A DNA stretch of 64,000 nt, taken from the NCBI GenBank assembly GCA_959599635.1, contig CAUGJN010000001.1, positions 8,406 through 72,405 of the forward strand, in the 5' to 3' direction. The notes beneath the pieces are model-generated. The model did not search any database. It was not told where the DNA came from and saw nothing but the letters and a program-made list of their open reading frames with translations. Position 1 is the first letter of the stretch. Every line of letters starts with the position of its first letter. Made by a program: the position numbers and the translations under genes. Source of the stretch: an uncultured Collinsella sp. (GTDB taxonomy: Bacteria > Actinomycetota > Coriobacteriia > Coriobacteriales > Coriobacteriaceae). Below are positions 27,731 through 38,725 of the stretch, piece after piece.

Positions 27731-28872
27731 CGGCCCTCATCTCCTTGCTGTTTGGGAACGGTGGCGAACACACGCCAGCCGCCGGCACCGGCGCGCGGAC
27801 CGGCGGCGAAGGTGCCGCCAAGCGCCTCGACGCGCTCGCGCATGGAGCCGAGCCCCATGCCTTCTGCGACGTTGCTGCTGCTCGCCGGGGTCGCGTCCGC
27901 GCCATTATCGGTAACGATGAGCTGGTAAAACGACGGATGCTCCATGCACCGCACGGTAACGGCATTGGCATGGGCGTGGCGCATGGCGTTGGAAAGCGCC
28001 TCGCGAAGGACCGCCGCAAAGCAGTTGGCGACATTTGCGGGCGCATGTTCGGTCATAACTTCAAGCTCAATCTGCGGGCCGCCGTCCGAGCGCGCGCCTT
28101 CAACAATGCGTTCGAGCTGCACGGAAAGGTCGACAGCGTTGTCGTTGAGCGCATGGACGCTAGTACGCACAAGTTGGAGCGCCTCGTCAACCGTGCGTTT
28201 GACGTCGGCGAAATCGGCGGCGACGCCGGGCTCGTCGGCGTGGATCACGCGCAGGGCTTCGGCTTGTAGCGAGGCACGCGTGAGCTGGTGTCCGACGTTA
28301 TCGTGGATCTCGCGCGCGATGCGGGCGCGTTCGGCGAGCGTCGCGAGCTCGACTTCGTAGTCCTGGCGGTCGGCAAGATCGCGGTTGCGCGCTTCGAGCG
28401 CGAGGGCTCGTTCCTGCAGCTCGTCGCGGGTACGGCGCATGCGTTCCTGTTCGCGCTCCAGCTGCGCGGTGCGCAGTGACAGCAACGTGGCGGCGACCGA
28501 AAGAATGGCGGTTAGCAGCAGCGTTCGGGCGGTGAGCGCGCCGCCGCGAAGGTCCGCGACGAGCGCACAGGCAAAGACAGCACCGACACCCAACGCGATC
28601 CAGGCGTGCTCACGGCGCACGCGCCGCGCGATGTCATAGAGGGCGAGAGGCGCAAACGGCATAAACGGCGGCACGAAGACAGCCGCGATGATGTAAGCGT
28701 AGCTCACGGCCTCGCTCGCACGGCGGGCGCGATTTCCCTGTGCGACCTCGGCCAGTGAGGTGGCAATAACGCCCAGGCAAAACGCCGCGACTAAGCGAGC
28801 GTCCACAGCAAGGCCTGTGGCGGCTGCGATGCAGCACGCCAGCACAATCGATTTGTCGAAAAGCCTGTTCAT
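27727..28872 (-). CDS. HisKA_3 sensor histidine kinase
   Basis: ERARIAREIHDNVGHQLT, EALSNAMRHA, DNG, GMGLGSMRERV; start placed at MNRLFDK. Confidence 0.93.
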   Translation of the reverse strand: MNRLFDKSIVLACCIAAATGLAVDARLVAAFCLGVIATSLAEVAQGNRARRASEAVSYAYIIAAVFVPPFMPFAPLALYDIARRVRREHAWIALGVGAVFACALVADLRGGALTARTLLLTAILSVAATLLSLRTAQLEREQERMRRTRDELQERALALEARNRDLADRQDYEVELATLAERARIAREIHDNVGHQLTRASLQAEALRVIHADEPGVAADFADVKRTVDEALQLVRTSVHALNDNAVDLSVQLERIVEGARSDGGPQIELEVMTEHAPANVANCFAAVLREALSNAMRHAHANAVTVRCMEHPSFYQLIVTDNGADATPASSSNVAEGMGLGSMRERVEALGGTFAAGPRAGAGGWRVFATVPKQQGDEGR

Positions 28873-29071
28873 ACGGGTATTGTACGCGATGCCGCGCGTG
28901 GTGGAGGGGCCGCCTGCGCAACCGTGACATTCCTCCCGCGCGGCAAAGCGGGGGCGTCGGCAGGCCGTACGACCAAGACCTCCGCACTCGTGACAAAGCT
29001 CACTGGTGCGCGCCGCCCGCTCCTGCGATGATGCAATCGTACCGGGCCACGACCAACAGAAGGGCCGCCTC

Positions 29072-30010
29072 ATGACAGACATCGTCCACGTCGAAAACCT
29101 CGTCAAGCGCTACGACGATCTTATTGCGCTCGACCACTTTAACCTGAACATCGCCCCCGGCGAGATTTTTGGCCTGCTGGGCCCCAACGGCTCGGGCAAG
29201 ACCACGTCCATCAACTGCATCCTGCAGCTGCTCGCCTACGACAAGGGCACCATCGAGCTGTTCGGCGAGCGCATGACGCCCGCCCGCTACGACCTCAAGC
29301 GCCGCATCGGTGTGGTGCCGCAGCAGGTGGCGGTGTTCGACGAGCTCACCGTGCGCGAGAACATCGACTATTTCTGCAGTCTCTACGTCAACGACCGCAA
29401 GCGCCGCCGCGCGCTGGTGGACGAGGCGATCGACTTTATCGGCCTGGGCGACTTTACCAAGTTCCGCCCCGGCAAGCTCTCGGGCGGCCTGACGCGTCGT
29501 CTCAACATTGCCTGCGGCATCGCGCACAAGCCCGAGCTCATCTTTTTTGACGAACCCACGGTGGCGGTCGACCCGCAAAGCCGCAACGCCATCCTGGAGG
29601 GCATCTGCCGCCTGCGCGACGAGGGCGCCACGGTGGTGTATACCAGCCATTACATGGAGGAAGTCGAGCAGATCTGCAGCCGCATTATGATCATGGACGG
29701 CGGCCGCGTGCTGGCGCAGGGCACTAACGACGAGCTCAAGCGCATGATTCAGATGGGCGAGAAGATTGTAATCGAGGTCGGCGAGGTTCCGAGTGCGGCG
29801 CTCGGTGCCGTCGCAAGCCTGCCGCACGTTCTGGACCTTTCGGCAACGGCGGGACAGCTCACGTTTTCGTGCGAAGCGAGCCCGCACAACCTGACGGACA
29901 TTCTCGATGCGCTGCGCTCGCATGACGTGCCGCTCGGCCGCATCTATTCCGAACCGCCGACCCTCAACGACGTGTTCCTCGAGATCACCGGCCGCGAGCT
30001 GCGCGACTAG
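29072..30010 (+). CDS. ABC-2 exporter ATP-binding protein (LnrL-like)
   Basis: GPNGSGKT, LSGG, FFDEPT, SHYMEE. Confidence 0.95.
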   Translation: MTDIVHVENLVKRYDDLIALDHFNLNIAPGEIFGLLGPNGSGKTTSINCILQLLAYDKGTIELFGERMTPARYDLKRRIGVVPQQVAVFDELTVRENIDYFCSLYVNDRKRRRALVDEAIDFIGLGDFTKFRPGKLSGGLTRRLNIACGIAHKPELIFFDEPTVAVDPQSRNAILEGICRLRDEGATVVYTSHYMEEVEQICSRIMIMDGGRVLAQGTNDELKRMIQMGEKIVIEVGEVPSAALGAVASLPHVLDLSATAGQLTFSCEASPHNLTDILDALRSHDVPLGRIYSEPPTLNDVFLEITGRELRD

Positions 30011-30019
30011 GGGGCGGCC

Positions 30020-31207
30020 ATGTTCAACACCATCATCACCACGGTCAAGACGCTGCTGCGCCGGCCGAGCACGTGGGTCTGGGGCGCTCTCTTTCCTATC
30101 GCGCTTTCCACGATGTTCATGTTTATGTTTGCGAACCTCAGCTCCGACGGCACGGTCGACCCGGTGCCGGTTGCCGTCGTGGCGGACGAGGCCTGGGATG
30201 CCTCGACCTTTAAGGATGTGGCAGCTTCGCTTGCCAAGGCAGGCGACGACCAGCTGCTCGATGTGAGCGAGTACGAAGACTTGGCTGCCGCGCGCAAAGC
30301 GCTCAAGGCCGGCGAGGTCGCGGGCATCTATACGGTTGATGCCGCGGGCACGCCCAGGCTCACGCTGCTATCGAGTTACGACAGCTCGCGCGCCTCGTCG
30401 GTGCTTACCGACCGCAGCATCCTTGAAACGGTGGCAAGCTCGTATACGCAAAATGCCGAGCTCATGTCCCAGATTGCCCAGGACAACCCGGCGGCGCTCG
30501 CCGATCCGGCGGCGGTTGCGCGCGCCCTGTCGCTCGAGGGCGGAACCCGCCGCGTGAGCCTGACTCGTGCCACGCCCGATGGCACGGTCATCTACTATTA
30601 CGCGCTTTTTGGCCTGGTCGCGATGATGTCTGCCGAGTTTGCCGCCTTGAGCGTCGTCGATTTGCAGCCCAATCTGTCCGGCCTCGGCGCGCGCCGCTGC
30701 GTGGGCGGTCTTTCCAAGACGGCGTCGCTGGCCGGCATTTTTGTCGGCTCGTGGCTGGTTTCCTTTGCATCGATGGCGGTTGCGATCGGCTACGTGCGCC
30801 TGGTCGTGGGCGTCGACTTTGGCGGGCGCGAGGGGTTGTGCCTGCTGGGCGGGGCTGCATCCGCGCTTGCCGCCACGGGCCTGGGGCTTTTTGTGGGCAC
30901 GCTTCCCGTTAAGGGCGGCAAGGCATCCAAGTCGGGCATCCTCACGGGCTTTGCCACCACGTGCGCCCTGTTCGCCGGCCTCTACGGCGAGCCGGCGATG
31001 GCGCTTGCCGACGACGTCGCCCGCGCTTGTCCGGTCGAGTGCTGGCTCAACCCCGTCAAGCTCATCTGCGACATGTTCAATCGCCTGTATTTCTTTGAGG
31101 ACCTGGGGCCCTTCGCTGTTCGCGCCGGCGCGCTCGTCCTGATGGCCCTGGTGTTTGTCGCCGCCGCTACGCTGATCTTTGGAAGGAGCCGCTATGAGCA
31201 CCTTTAA
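30020..31207 (+). CDS. ABC-2 exporter permease
   Basis: N-terminal TM, extracellular domain, multiple C-terminal TMs; follows the ATPase. Confidence 0.88.
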   Translation: MFNTIITTVKTLLRRPSTWVWGALFPIALSTMFMFMFANLSSDGTVDPVPVAVVADEAWDASTFKDVAASLAKAGDDQLLDVSEYEDLAAARKALKAGEVAGIYTVDAAGTPRLTLLSSYDSSRASSVLTDRSILETVASSYTQNAELMSQIAQDNPAALADPAAVARALSLEGGTRRVSLTRATPDGTVIYYYALFGLVAMMSAEFAALSVVDLQPNLSGLGARRCVGGLSKTASLAGIFVGSWLVSFASMAVAIGYVRLVVGVDFGGREGLCLLGGAASALAATGLGLFVGTLPVKGGKASKSGILTGFATTCALFAGLYGEPAMALADDVARACPVECWLNPVKLICDMFNRLYFFEDLGPFAVRAGALVLMALVFVAAATLIFGRSRYEHL

Positions 31208-32399
31208 GACCGCGCTTCGCATGGCGCTGGCGCACCCGTTCTACCTGCTCATCTATACGGTGTTCATCTCGCTCATGGGCGTATTCATCGCGGCTTCGGT
31301 GAGCTGGAACTCGTCGCAGCTTACCGAGTACAAGCCCTACGACACCAACGTGATCGTGGTCGACCGCGACGATAGCGACCTTTCGCGGGCGCTTACCAAG
31401 CACCTGGGCTCACGCTTTGACCTGGTCACGGGCGTCGGCGACGACACATACGACCTTGCTGACGCGCTCTCCAAGAGCAACAGCGCCAAAGGCAGCGCCG
31501 ACTGCGTGTTCTTTATCCCGGAGGGGTTTGAGGACGATCTTGTTGCAGCCGCCCGCGCGGGGGAGTCCCTGCCCAAGCTCGATGTGACCTACGGTGCCGG
31601 CACCATGGCGGCGGCGCTTTCGTCTGCCGAGGCCTCGCGGTGGATCTCGCTCGCGGGCGCTGCGGCCGCACTAGAGCCCGCTGCCTCCAACGGCGACGTC
31701 GCAAGGGCCGCCGAGCACGCGGCCGCAAAGCGCGCGGAGGTCCAGATCGAGCAGGTCAAGGTCGACTCGACTGCTGCTACCACGCTCGAGTCGTACTTCA
31801 ACTTTGGCGCGTACGCGATCATCTCGTCGGTCATCGTGTCGGTGGGACTGGTGTTCTCGGGCATGAACGAGCCCGAGCGCGTGCGCCGCATGGATGCCAG
31901 CCCGGTCTCTGAGCGCCAGCGTTCGCTCGCTGTGTTCGCGGCCGCCGCCGTGCTCACCGTCTGCATCTGGCTCGTGTCGAGCATGATGGGCGTCGTGGGC
32001 TTTGCCAGCGCGGTTGCCGAGGTCGGCGTGGGTCGCGTGTGCCTGGCGCTGGCGGCAACGTTTGCCCTGGCGTGCACGCCGCTGGCCGTTGGCTTTACGC
32101 TGTCGAGCCTGGGCGCGCGCGAGGAGCTGCTCAACGGTGTGGGCAACCTGCTCGGCATGCTCATGACGTTTTTGGGCGGCGCCTGGATGCCGCTGTCGCT
32201 CATGGGCTCGGCCGTGCAGACGGTGGCGCACTTTGTGCCGACGTATTGGGTGAACGACGCGATCGGCAAGGCGCTCGCCGCGGACCTGACGTCCACCGTG
32301 CTGGGCGACATCGCCTGCGATCTGGGCGTCACGGTGCTCTTCGCCGCCGCCATCGCCGCCGTAGGCCTGGCCCTCACCCGCGCCAAATCCCACGCCTAG
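31194..32399 (+). CDS. ABC-2 exporter permease
   Basis: VVDRDDS, FLGGAWMP, AHFVPTYW; overlaps the previous gene. Confidence 0.9.
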   Translation: MSTFKTALRMALAHPFYLLIYTVFISLMGVFIAASVSWNSSQLTEYKPYDTNVIVVDRDDSDLSRALTKHLGSRFDLVTGVGDDTYDLADALSKSNSAKGSADCVFFIPEGFEDDLVAAARAGESLPKLDVTYGAGTMAAALSSAEASRWISLAGAAAALEPAASNGDVARAAEHAAAKRAEVQIEQVKVDSTAATTLESYFNFGAYAIISSVIVSVGLVFSGMNEPERVRRMDASPVSERQRSLAVFAAAAVLTVCIWLVSSMMGVVGFASAVAEVGVGRVCLALAATFALACTPLAVGFTLSSLGAREELLNGVGNLLGMLMTFLGGAWMPLSLMGSAVQTVAHFVPTYWVNDAIGKALAADLTSTVLGDIACDLGVTVLFAAAIAAVGLALTRAKSHA

Positions 32400-32410
32400 C
32401 TACCTGGTCA

Positions 32411-32542
32411 TCGGGGACAGTCTTTGCCGATTCGCCGGCAGGGCTGGCAGGGATTGTCCCAATATGTCGGCACTTGGGGACCACTCATTGGGGACAGACT
32501 TAAATGAGTGAAATCGCTCATTTAAGTCTGTCCCCAATGAGT
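32411..32542. repeat. GGGGAC-type palindromic (REP-like) cluster
   Basis: gggacagtctttgcc..ggcagggattgtccc (32414-32460) and a perfect 26-bp IR actcattggggacagacttaaatgag / ctcatttaagtctgtccccaatgagt (32483-32542). Confidence 0.85.
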
Positions 32543-32549
32543 AGGTTGG

Positions 32550-32599
32550 AAAATAGTTCGCGCACGTCGCTTAAAAATAGTTCACCTGGGTTTACTATT
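32550..32599. promoter_or_regulatory. candidate operator upstream of the ABC operon
   Basis: AAAATAGTTC at 32550 and 32574; imperfect palindrome aatagt..acctgggt..actatt at 32576-32599. Confidence 0.4.
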
Positions 32600-32639
32600 A
32601 GCCTAGAAAAGTGGCAGAAGGCTAACAACGGGGGATAGC

Positions 32640-33353
<714 letters not shown>

Positions 33354-33361
33354 GCGGCGCC

Positions 33362-36028
33362 ATGACACCTCTCGCAAAACGACTCCCGCGCGAGCTGCGC
33401 CGCAATATCGGCAAGTACCTGGGCATCTTTTTGCTTATGTGCGGAAGCATCGCCCTCACGTCGGGCTTTTTGCTCGCGGCGCATTCCATCGGCTGCCTCA
33501 TTGACGACATGCGCGATGCGTACACGATCGAGGACGGCCGCGTGACTACCTCCTTCGAGGCCACCAAAGATCAGCTCAAGGCTGCCGAAGACGCGGCTGA
33601 GGACGTCGGCGGCGTTACGTTCTACAAGAACTTCTCTATCGACGCCATCATCAAAAAGGCGGCTGGCGACGACGGCACCAAGCGCACCCTGCGCACCTAT
33701 GCACACCGCACCAAGGTCGATATCGCGTCCTACTGCGAAGGCAGGCAGCCCAAGACGGACGATGAGGTGGCAATCGACCGTGTCTTCGCCACCAACAACG
33801 ACCTCGCCGTGGGCGATAAGGTCGAGCTTGAGGGCCGCACCTACACCATCTGCGGCATCATGACCCAGCCCGATAGCCAGGCGCTGTTCCTCGACAATTC
33901 GGACTTTACGGTGAACACCATCACGTACGGCGTGGCCGAGGTCACCGACGCCGGCTTTGCCGCGCTTGAGGACGCCGGCGGCGCGCCTGCCTACACCTAC
34001 TCCTTTACCTTTACCGATCGCGATCTCCCCACCGCGGATCGCATCGATGCGGAGCAGGATATGGTCGAGGCGCTGACCGATGCCGATGCGCGCGTGGACG
34101 ATCTGATCGATGCCGATTCCAATCAGGGCATTGGCTATGCGCGCGACGACGTGGACGGCGACTCCATGATGTGGATGACGTTGCTCGACATCATCATCGT
34201 GATCATGGCGTTTGTCTTTGTGGTGCTCACCGACGCCACCATCGAGGAGGAGAGCGCCATTATCGGCACGCTGCTCGCCAGCGGCTATCGCCGTCGCGAA
34301 ATCGTGCTGCACTACCTAGCGCTTCCCGCCATCGTAGGCGTGGCCGCGGCGCTACTGGGCACCGCTCTCGGCGTTGCGTTCTTTACCGAGCCCATGCGCG
34401 GTCTCTACTACGGCTCGTACAGCCTGCCGCCCTTCCAGGTGTACTGGAGCTGGGAGATCTTTGTGAAGTGCGCCGTGGTTCCCGCCGCCGCGCTCATCCT
34501 CATCACGCTGGTGGGCCTGCTTCGCAAGATGGGCAAGACGCCGTTGCAGTTCCTTCGTCACGAGGCGAGCGGCAAATCGGGCACCAAGCGCGGCCTGCAG
34601 CTGCCGGAGCGCATGGGCTTTGTCTCGCGCTTCCGCCTGCGCGTCTTCCTGCGCAACCTGGGCAACTTCGCCACGCTCTTCGTGGGCATTGCATTCGCCT
34701 CGCTGCTGCTGCTCTTTGGCCTGGCGATTTTGCCCACGATGACGCACTACGCGGACAACCTCGAGACGAGCCTGGTCGCCGAGCATCAGTACACACTCAA
34801 GGCGCCGCTGGAGCTCGAGGGCACTGCCGAGGAGCGCGAGCAGTGGTCGGCGCTCGAGCGCTTGCAGTCGATTGACGGCGCGCTGCTCTCCGCCGCCCAG
34901 GATGCCGATGACGAGCTTGACGACGCGGCCGATGCGGCGCAGACGGCAGCCGATGCCGCGACCGCATCTCCGTCTGCCGAGAGCCTGACTGCAGCGCAGG
35001 ATGCGCTTGCTAAGGTCAAGGACAAGAAGGATGCGCTCTACGCACGCCTCGACGATCTTGCCGATGCCCTCGGCTGCGACCGCGATGAGGCCATCGACCT
35101 GATCGACAAGGCCTCTAAGATCGACACCGACAACGACGACATTCACCCGATCAACACGACCGACAACGGCGCGGGTGCAATCGCGCAGGCCGAGAAATAT
35201 GCCGTTTACCAGCTGCAATACGACCGCGGCGATGGTAATGGCGAGGAGACGATTTCCGTCTACGGCATTTCATCTCATTCGCGCTATTGGAAAGACCTCA
35301 ACGTCGGCGACGGGCGCGTCGTCTTTGGCGGCGGTCTGCTCGATAAGTTTGGCTGGAGCGAGGGCCAGAAGGTCGAGCTTCGCGACAAGTACGAGGCTCG
35401 GGATTATTCTCTTGAGTACGCGGGTAAGGACTGCATCTGGGGTTCAAAGTCGGACATGAATATCTATATGAGCATCGATGACTTTAACGAGCTGTTCGGC
35501 AACGACGCCGCCTACTTTAACGGCTATGTGAGCGACGAGAAGCTCGACCTCGATGCTCGTTACTTTGCCGGTGACACCACGCCCGACGACATGCGCGCCG
35601 TGGGTGACCAGTTCATCGGCATGATGAGCAAAATGATCGGCATGATGGTCGGGCTCGCGGTGTTTATCTTCCTGCTGTTTATGTACCTGCTGACCAAGGC
35701 GGTGATCGACCACAGCGCCCGTTCGATCAGCTACATGAAAGTCTTTGGCTATCGCGATAGCGAGATCTCGCATCTGTACATCCGCTCGATCACGCTGTGC
35801 GTGGCGGCGTCGCTCGTGCTGAGCCTGCCGGTCATTATTGGCTCGCTCACGGCCATCTTCCGCTCGATGCTGCTCGCCTACAACGGCAATATCGAGATCT
35901 ACGTGCCCGCTTGGTCCATGGCTGCATGCATCGGCATCGGCTTTGCGACCTACCTGGTCGTGGCGCTGCTGCACACGCGCTCTATCAAGCGCGTCAGCCT
36001 GGCCGAAGCCCTCAAGGTGCAGGAGTAG
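33362..36028 (+). CDS. FtsX-like ABC permease (two FtsX domains)
   Basis: IGTLLASGY and ISYMKVFGY repeats; ends LAEALK; start placed at MTPLAKRL. Confidence 0.92.
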   Translation: MTPLAKRLPRELRRNIGKYLGIFLLMCGSIALTSGFLLAAHSIGCLIDDMRDAYTIEDGRVTTSFEATKDQLKAAEDAAEDVGGVTFYKNFSIDAIIKKAAGDDGTKRTLRTYAHRTKVDIASYCEGRQPKTDDEVAIDRVFATNNDLAVGDKVELEGRTYTICGIMTQPDSQALFLDNSDFTVNTITYGVAEVTDAGFAALEDAGGAPAYTYSFTFTDRDLPTADRIDAEQDMVEALTDADARVDDLIDADSNQGIGYARDDVDGDSMMWMTLLDIIIVIMAFVFVVLTDATIEEESAIIGTLLASGYRRREIVLHYLALPAIVGVAAALLGTALGVAFFTEPMRGLYYGSYSLPPFQVYWSWEIFVKCAVVPAAALILITLVGLLRKMGKTPLQFLRHEASGKSGTKRGLQLPERMGFVSRFRLRVFLRNLGNFATLFVGIAFASLLLLFGLAILPTMTHYADNLETSLVAEHQYTLKAPLELEGTAEEREQWSALERLQSIDGALLSAAQDADDELDDAADAAQTAADAATASPSAESLTAAQDALAKVKDKKDALYARLDDLADALGCDRDEAIDLIDKASKIDTDNDDIHPINTTDNGAGAIAQAEKYAVYQLQYDRGDGNGEETISVYGISSHSRYWKDLNVGDGRVVFGGGLLDKFGWSEGQKVELRDKYEARDYSLEYAGKDCIWGSKSDMNIYMSIDDFNELFGNDAAYFNGYVSDEKLDLDARYFAGDTTPDDMRAVGDQFIGMMSKMIGMMVGLAVFIFLLFMYLLTKAVIDHSARSISYMKVFGYRDSEISHLYIRSITLCVAASLVLSLPVIIGSLTAIFRSMLLAYNGNIEIYVPAWSMAACIGIGFATYLVVALLHTRSIKRVSLAEALKVQE

Positions 36029-36151
36029 TCATTGGGGACGTTCTTAAACGACTAGTCGTTGGGGACAGTCTTTGCCGGATCGCCGGCTCGCCGGCCGGAC
36101 TGGCAAGGACTGTCCCTGGCGGCACTCATTTAAGTCTGTCCCCAATGAGTG
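36026..36151. repeat. GGGGAC-type palindromic cluster (three modules)
   Basis: tagtcattggggacgttcttaaacgacta; gggacagtctttgcc..ggcaaggactgtccc; cactcatttaagtctgtccccaatgagtg. Confidence 0.85.
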
Positions 36152-36245
36152 CCTAACGACTCGGTGTTGCGCTTGACTTCAACCCCACTTCACCGGGTAC
36201 CATCCTCTATGTCTGTAACGCCATATAGACCGAGGGGATATATCT

Positions 36246-37451
36246 ATGACCGCAACTGCACCCGCTGCGCCCGCCAAGGTGTATTTCACCAACCTGCGCA
36301 CGCACGGCCGCGAGAGCCAGCTCGACAAGCTCAAGCGCCTCATCCGTCGCGCCGGCATCGAGCAGATTGACTTCGAGAACAAGTTCGTCGCCATCAAGAT
36401 CCACTTTGGCGAGCTGGGCAACCTGAGCTTTTTGCGCCCCAACTACGCCCGTGCCGTCGCGGACGTGGTGAAGGAGCTGGGCGGCAAGCCCTTCCTCACC
36501 GACTGCAACACGCTTTATGTGGGCAGCCGCAAAAACGCGCTCGAGCACATCGACACCGCCTACCAGAACGGCTTTACCCCGTACGCCACGGGCTGCCAGA
36601 TCATCATCGCCGACGGCCTCAAGGGCACCGACGAGGCGCTCGTCCCGGTCGAGGGCGGCGAGTACGTGCGCGAGGCAAAGATCGGTCAGGCGCTCATGGA
36701 TGCCGACATCGTGATTAGCCTCACCCACTTTAAGGGCCATGAGCAGGCCGGTTTTGGCGGTGCCATGAAGAACCTGGGCATGGGAGGCGGCAGCCGTGCC
36801 GGCAAGATGGAGCAGCATGCCGCCGGCAAGCCAAGCGTCGATACCACCAACTGCGTAGGTTGCCGTGCCTGCGAGAAGATTTGCGCGCACAGCGCCATCA
36901 CGTTTGACGGTACGCGTGAGCGCGAGCTTGCCAACGGCAGCACCCGCACGGTTCACGTGGCTACCATCGACCACGATCGCTGCGTGGGCTGCGGACGCTG
37001 TATTGCGGCGTGCAACCAGGACTGCATCAAGCCCGACTATGATGCCGCGGCCGACGTACTCAACTACAAGATCGCCGAGTACACCAAGGCCATTGTTCAG
37101 GACCGTCCGAGCTTCCACATCTCGCTTGCCATGGACATCAGCCCCAACTGCGACTGCCACCCCGAAAACGACACGCCCATCGTCAACGACATCGGCATGT
37201 TCGCGAGCTTCGACCCGGTCGCCATCGACCAGGCCTGCGCCGACGCCGTCCTGGCGTCCGAGCCGCTGCCTAACACCGAGCTTACCGACAGCGCGGCCAA
37301 GATGGAGCATAATCACGAGCATCTGGAGGGCGAGCAGGCCAAGGATCCCTTCTGCATCACGCATCCCGACACCGACTGGCGCGCGTGCATCGCGCATGCC
37401 GAGAAGATCGGCCTGGGCACGAGCAAGTACGAGCTCATCGAGGTCAAATAG
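36246..37451 (+). CDS. DUF362 Fe-S protein
   Basis: KIHFGELGN, LTDCNTLYVGSR, HFKGHEQAGFGGAMKNLGMG, two ferredoxin motifs, CDCH, ASFDPVAID. Confidence 0.9.
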   Translation: MTATAPAAPAKVYFTNLRTHGRESQLDKLKRLIRRAGIEQIDFENKFVAIKIHFGELGNLSFLRPNYARAVADVVKELGGKPFLTDCNTLYVGSRKNALEHIDTAYQNGFTPYATGCQIIIADGLKGTDEALVPVEGGEYVREAKIGQALMDADIVISLTHFKGHEQAGFGGAMKNLGMGGGSRAGKMEQHAAGKPSVDTTNCVGCRACEKICAHSAITFDGTRERELANGSTRTVHVATIDHDRCVGCGRCIAACNQDCIKPDYDAAADVLNYKIAEYTKAIVQDRPSFHISLAMDISPNCDCHPENDTPIVNDIGMFASFDPVAIDQACADAVLASEPLPNTELTDSAAKMEHNHEHLEGEQAKDPFCITHPDTDWRACIAHAEKIGLGTSKYELIEVK

Positions 37452-37498
37452 CGCCTAGCTATTGGACATATCAAGCGCTTTTGTAGCGCAACGTTAGT

Positions 37499-37538
37499 AA
37501 AAACCGCCCGTGAGCACAGCGCCCACGGGCGGCTTTTT
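37499..37538. terminator. bidirectional terminator
   Basis: aaaaa-ccgcccgtg...cacgggcgg-c-ttttt between convergent genes. Confidence 0.75.
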
Positions 37539-37582
37539 GGAAGTGCTAGGGGCCAGATAGACCAGTAAACCGTACTATTTGC

Positions 37583-38539
37583 TTAAAAATTCTTGTCGAG
37601 GAAGTCGTCGACCGTGTTCCAGTAGAGCTCGGGGTCAACTTGCGCGCTCTTGGCGTGGGTGGCGCCGTGGATAGTGAGCTTCTGTTTAACCTTGCTGGCG
37701 CACGCGTCGTAGTTTTGGTCGAGCATGTCGTACGGCACAAAGGTGTCCTGGTCGCCGTGGATAAACAGCATGGGAACCGTCGCGTGTTCGAGTTGGTCCA
37801 CACTGCTCGCCTTATGAAAGTCGTAGCCTGCGCGCACGTTGCACACTAAGTTTGCTACATCGAGCAAGGGAAAGCTGGGCAGGCCGAACACGTCCTTGAG
37901 CTGCAGGGAAAACTCGTCCCAAACGCTTGTATAGCCGCAGTCCTCGATAATGCATTTCACGTTTGCGGGCAGAGATTCCCCCGCTACATTCATGGCGGTC
38001 GCTGCACCCATCGACTCGCCAAAGACCAGGATGCGCGCCTTGGGATCGGCCGCAACGATCCGCCCGATCCACGCGACGACATCGAGTCGCTCGGGCCAGC
38101 CCATGCCGATGTAGTCACCGCCGGAACGCTCGTGGGCGCGGGCGGCAGGTGCGAGCACGTTCATGCCGCGGTCGTGGAATCGCTTGACGTATCGGGCCAT
38201 ACCGATGGGCTCATCGGTGTATCCGTGTAGGCAGATAGCGTAATTGTGCGTGCTCTCTGGGGCGACAAAATACCAAGCGGCAAGTTCGGTTCCGTCATCT
38301 GCGGTGAGGCTGCTGCTCTCGCGGTTCTCTTTAAACCATGCCCGCGCCTCGGTTCCCTCGGCATCCGGCTGCTCACTTTCCTTGCCGTCCTGCATCATCT
38401 TCATGGTGTATGGAGCGCGGGGATTCAGCGCGAAGTCAAACAGAAAGTTGCCGGCAAATCCGAGCAGCGCAACGACAGCCACCAGTGCAACGATGCCGGC
38501 TATCTTGAGCCTTCGATGGGAATGTGCGTTTTGAGCCAT
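37583..38539 (-). CDS. membrane-anchored alpha/beta hydrolase
   Basis: LHGY, GESMG nucleophile, IHGDQDTFVP, GATHA; N-terminal TM. Confidence 0.92.
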   Translation of the reverse strand: MAQNAHSHRRLKIAGIVALVAVVALLGFAGNFLFDFALNPRAPYTMKMMQDGKESEQPDAEGTEARAWFKENRESSSLTADDGTELAAWYFVAPESTHNYAICLHGYTDEPIGMARYVKRFHDRGMNVLAPAARAHERSGGDYIGMGWPERLDVVAWIGRIVAADPKARILVFGESMGAATAMNVAGESLPANVKCIIEDCGYTSVWDEFSLQLKDVFGLPSFPLLDVANLVCNVRAGYDFHKASSVDQLEHATVPMLFIHGDQDTFVPYDMLDQNYDACASKVKQKLTIHGATHAKSAQVDPELYWNTVDDFLDKNF

Positions 38540-38725
38540 GCGGTATTCTCCTATAAGATGTTAATACATCAACATTTAATGCAAGCGCATTATGGACGTT
38601 CGCCGTTGATGCGTCAACAGGCAAAGAATGGGTAAACAAAGGGTCACGTATGGTGCAAATTTCGCACGCACCCAGACGCTTTGATATAGTGTTGAGAACT
38701 CTTTACGTTGGAGGATGTAACCGGC

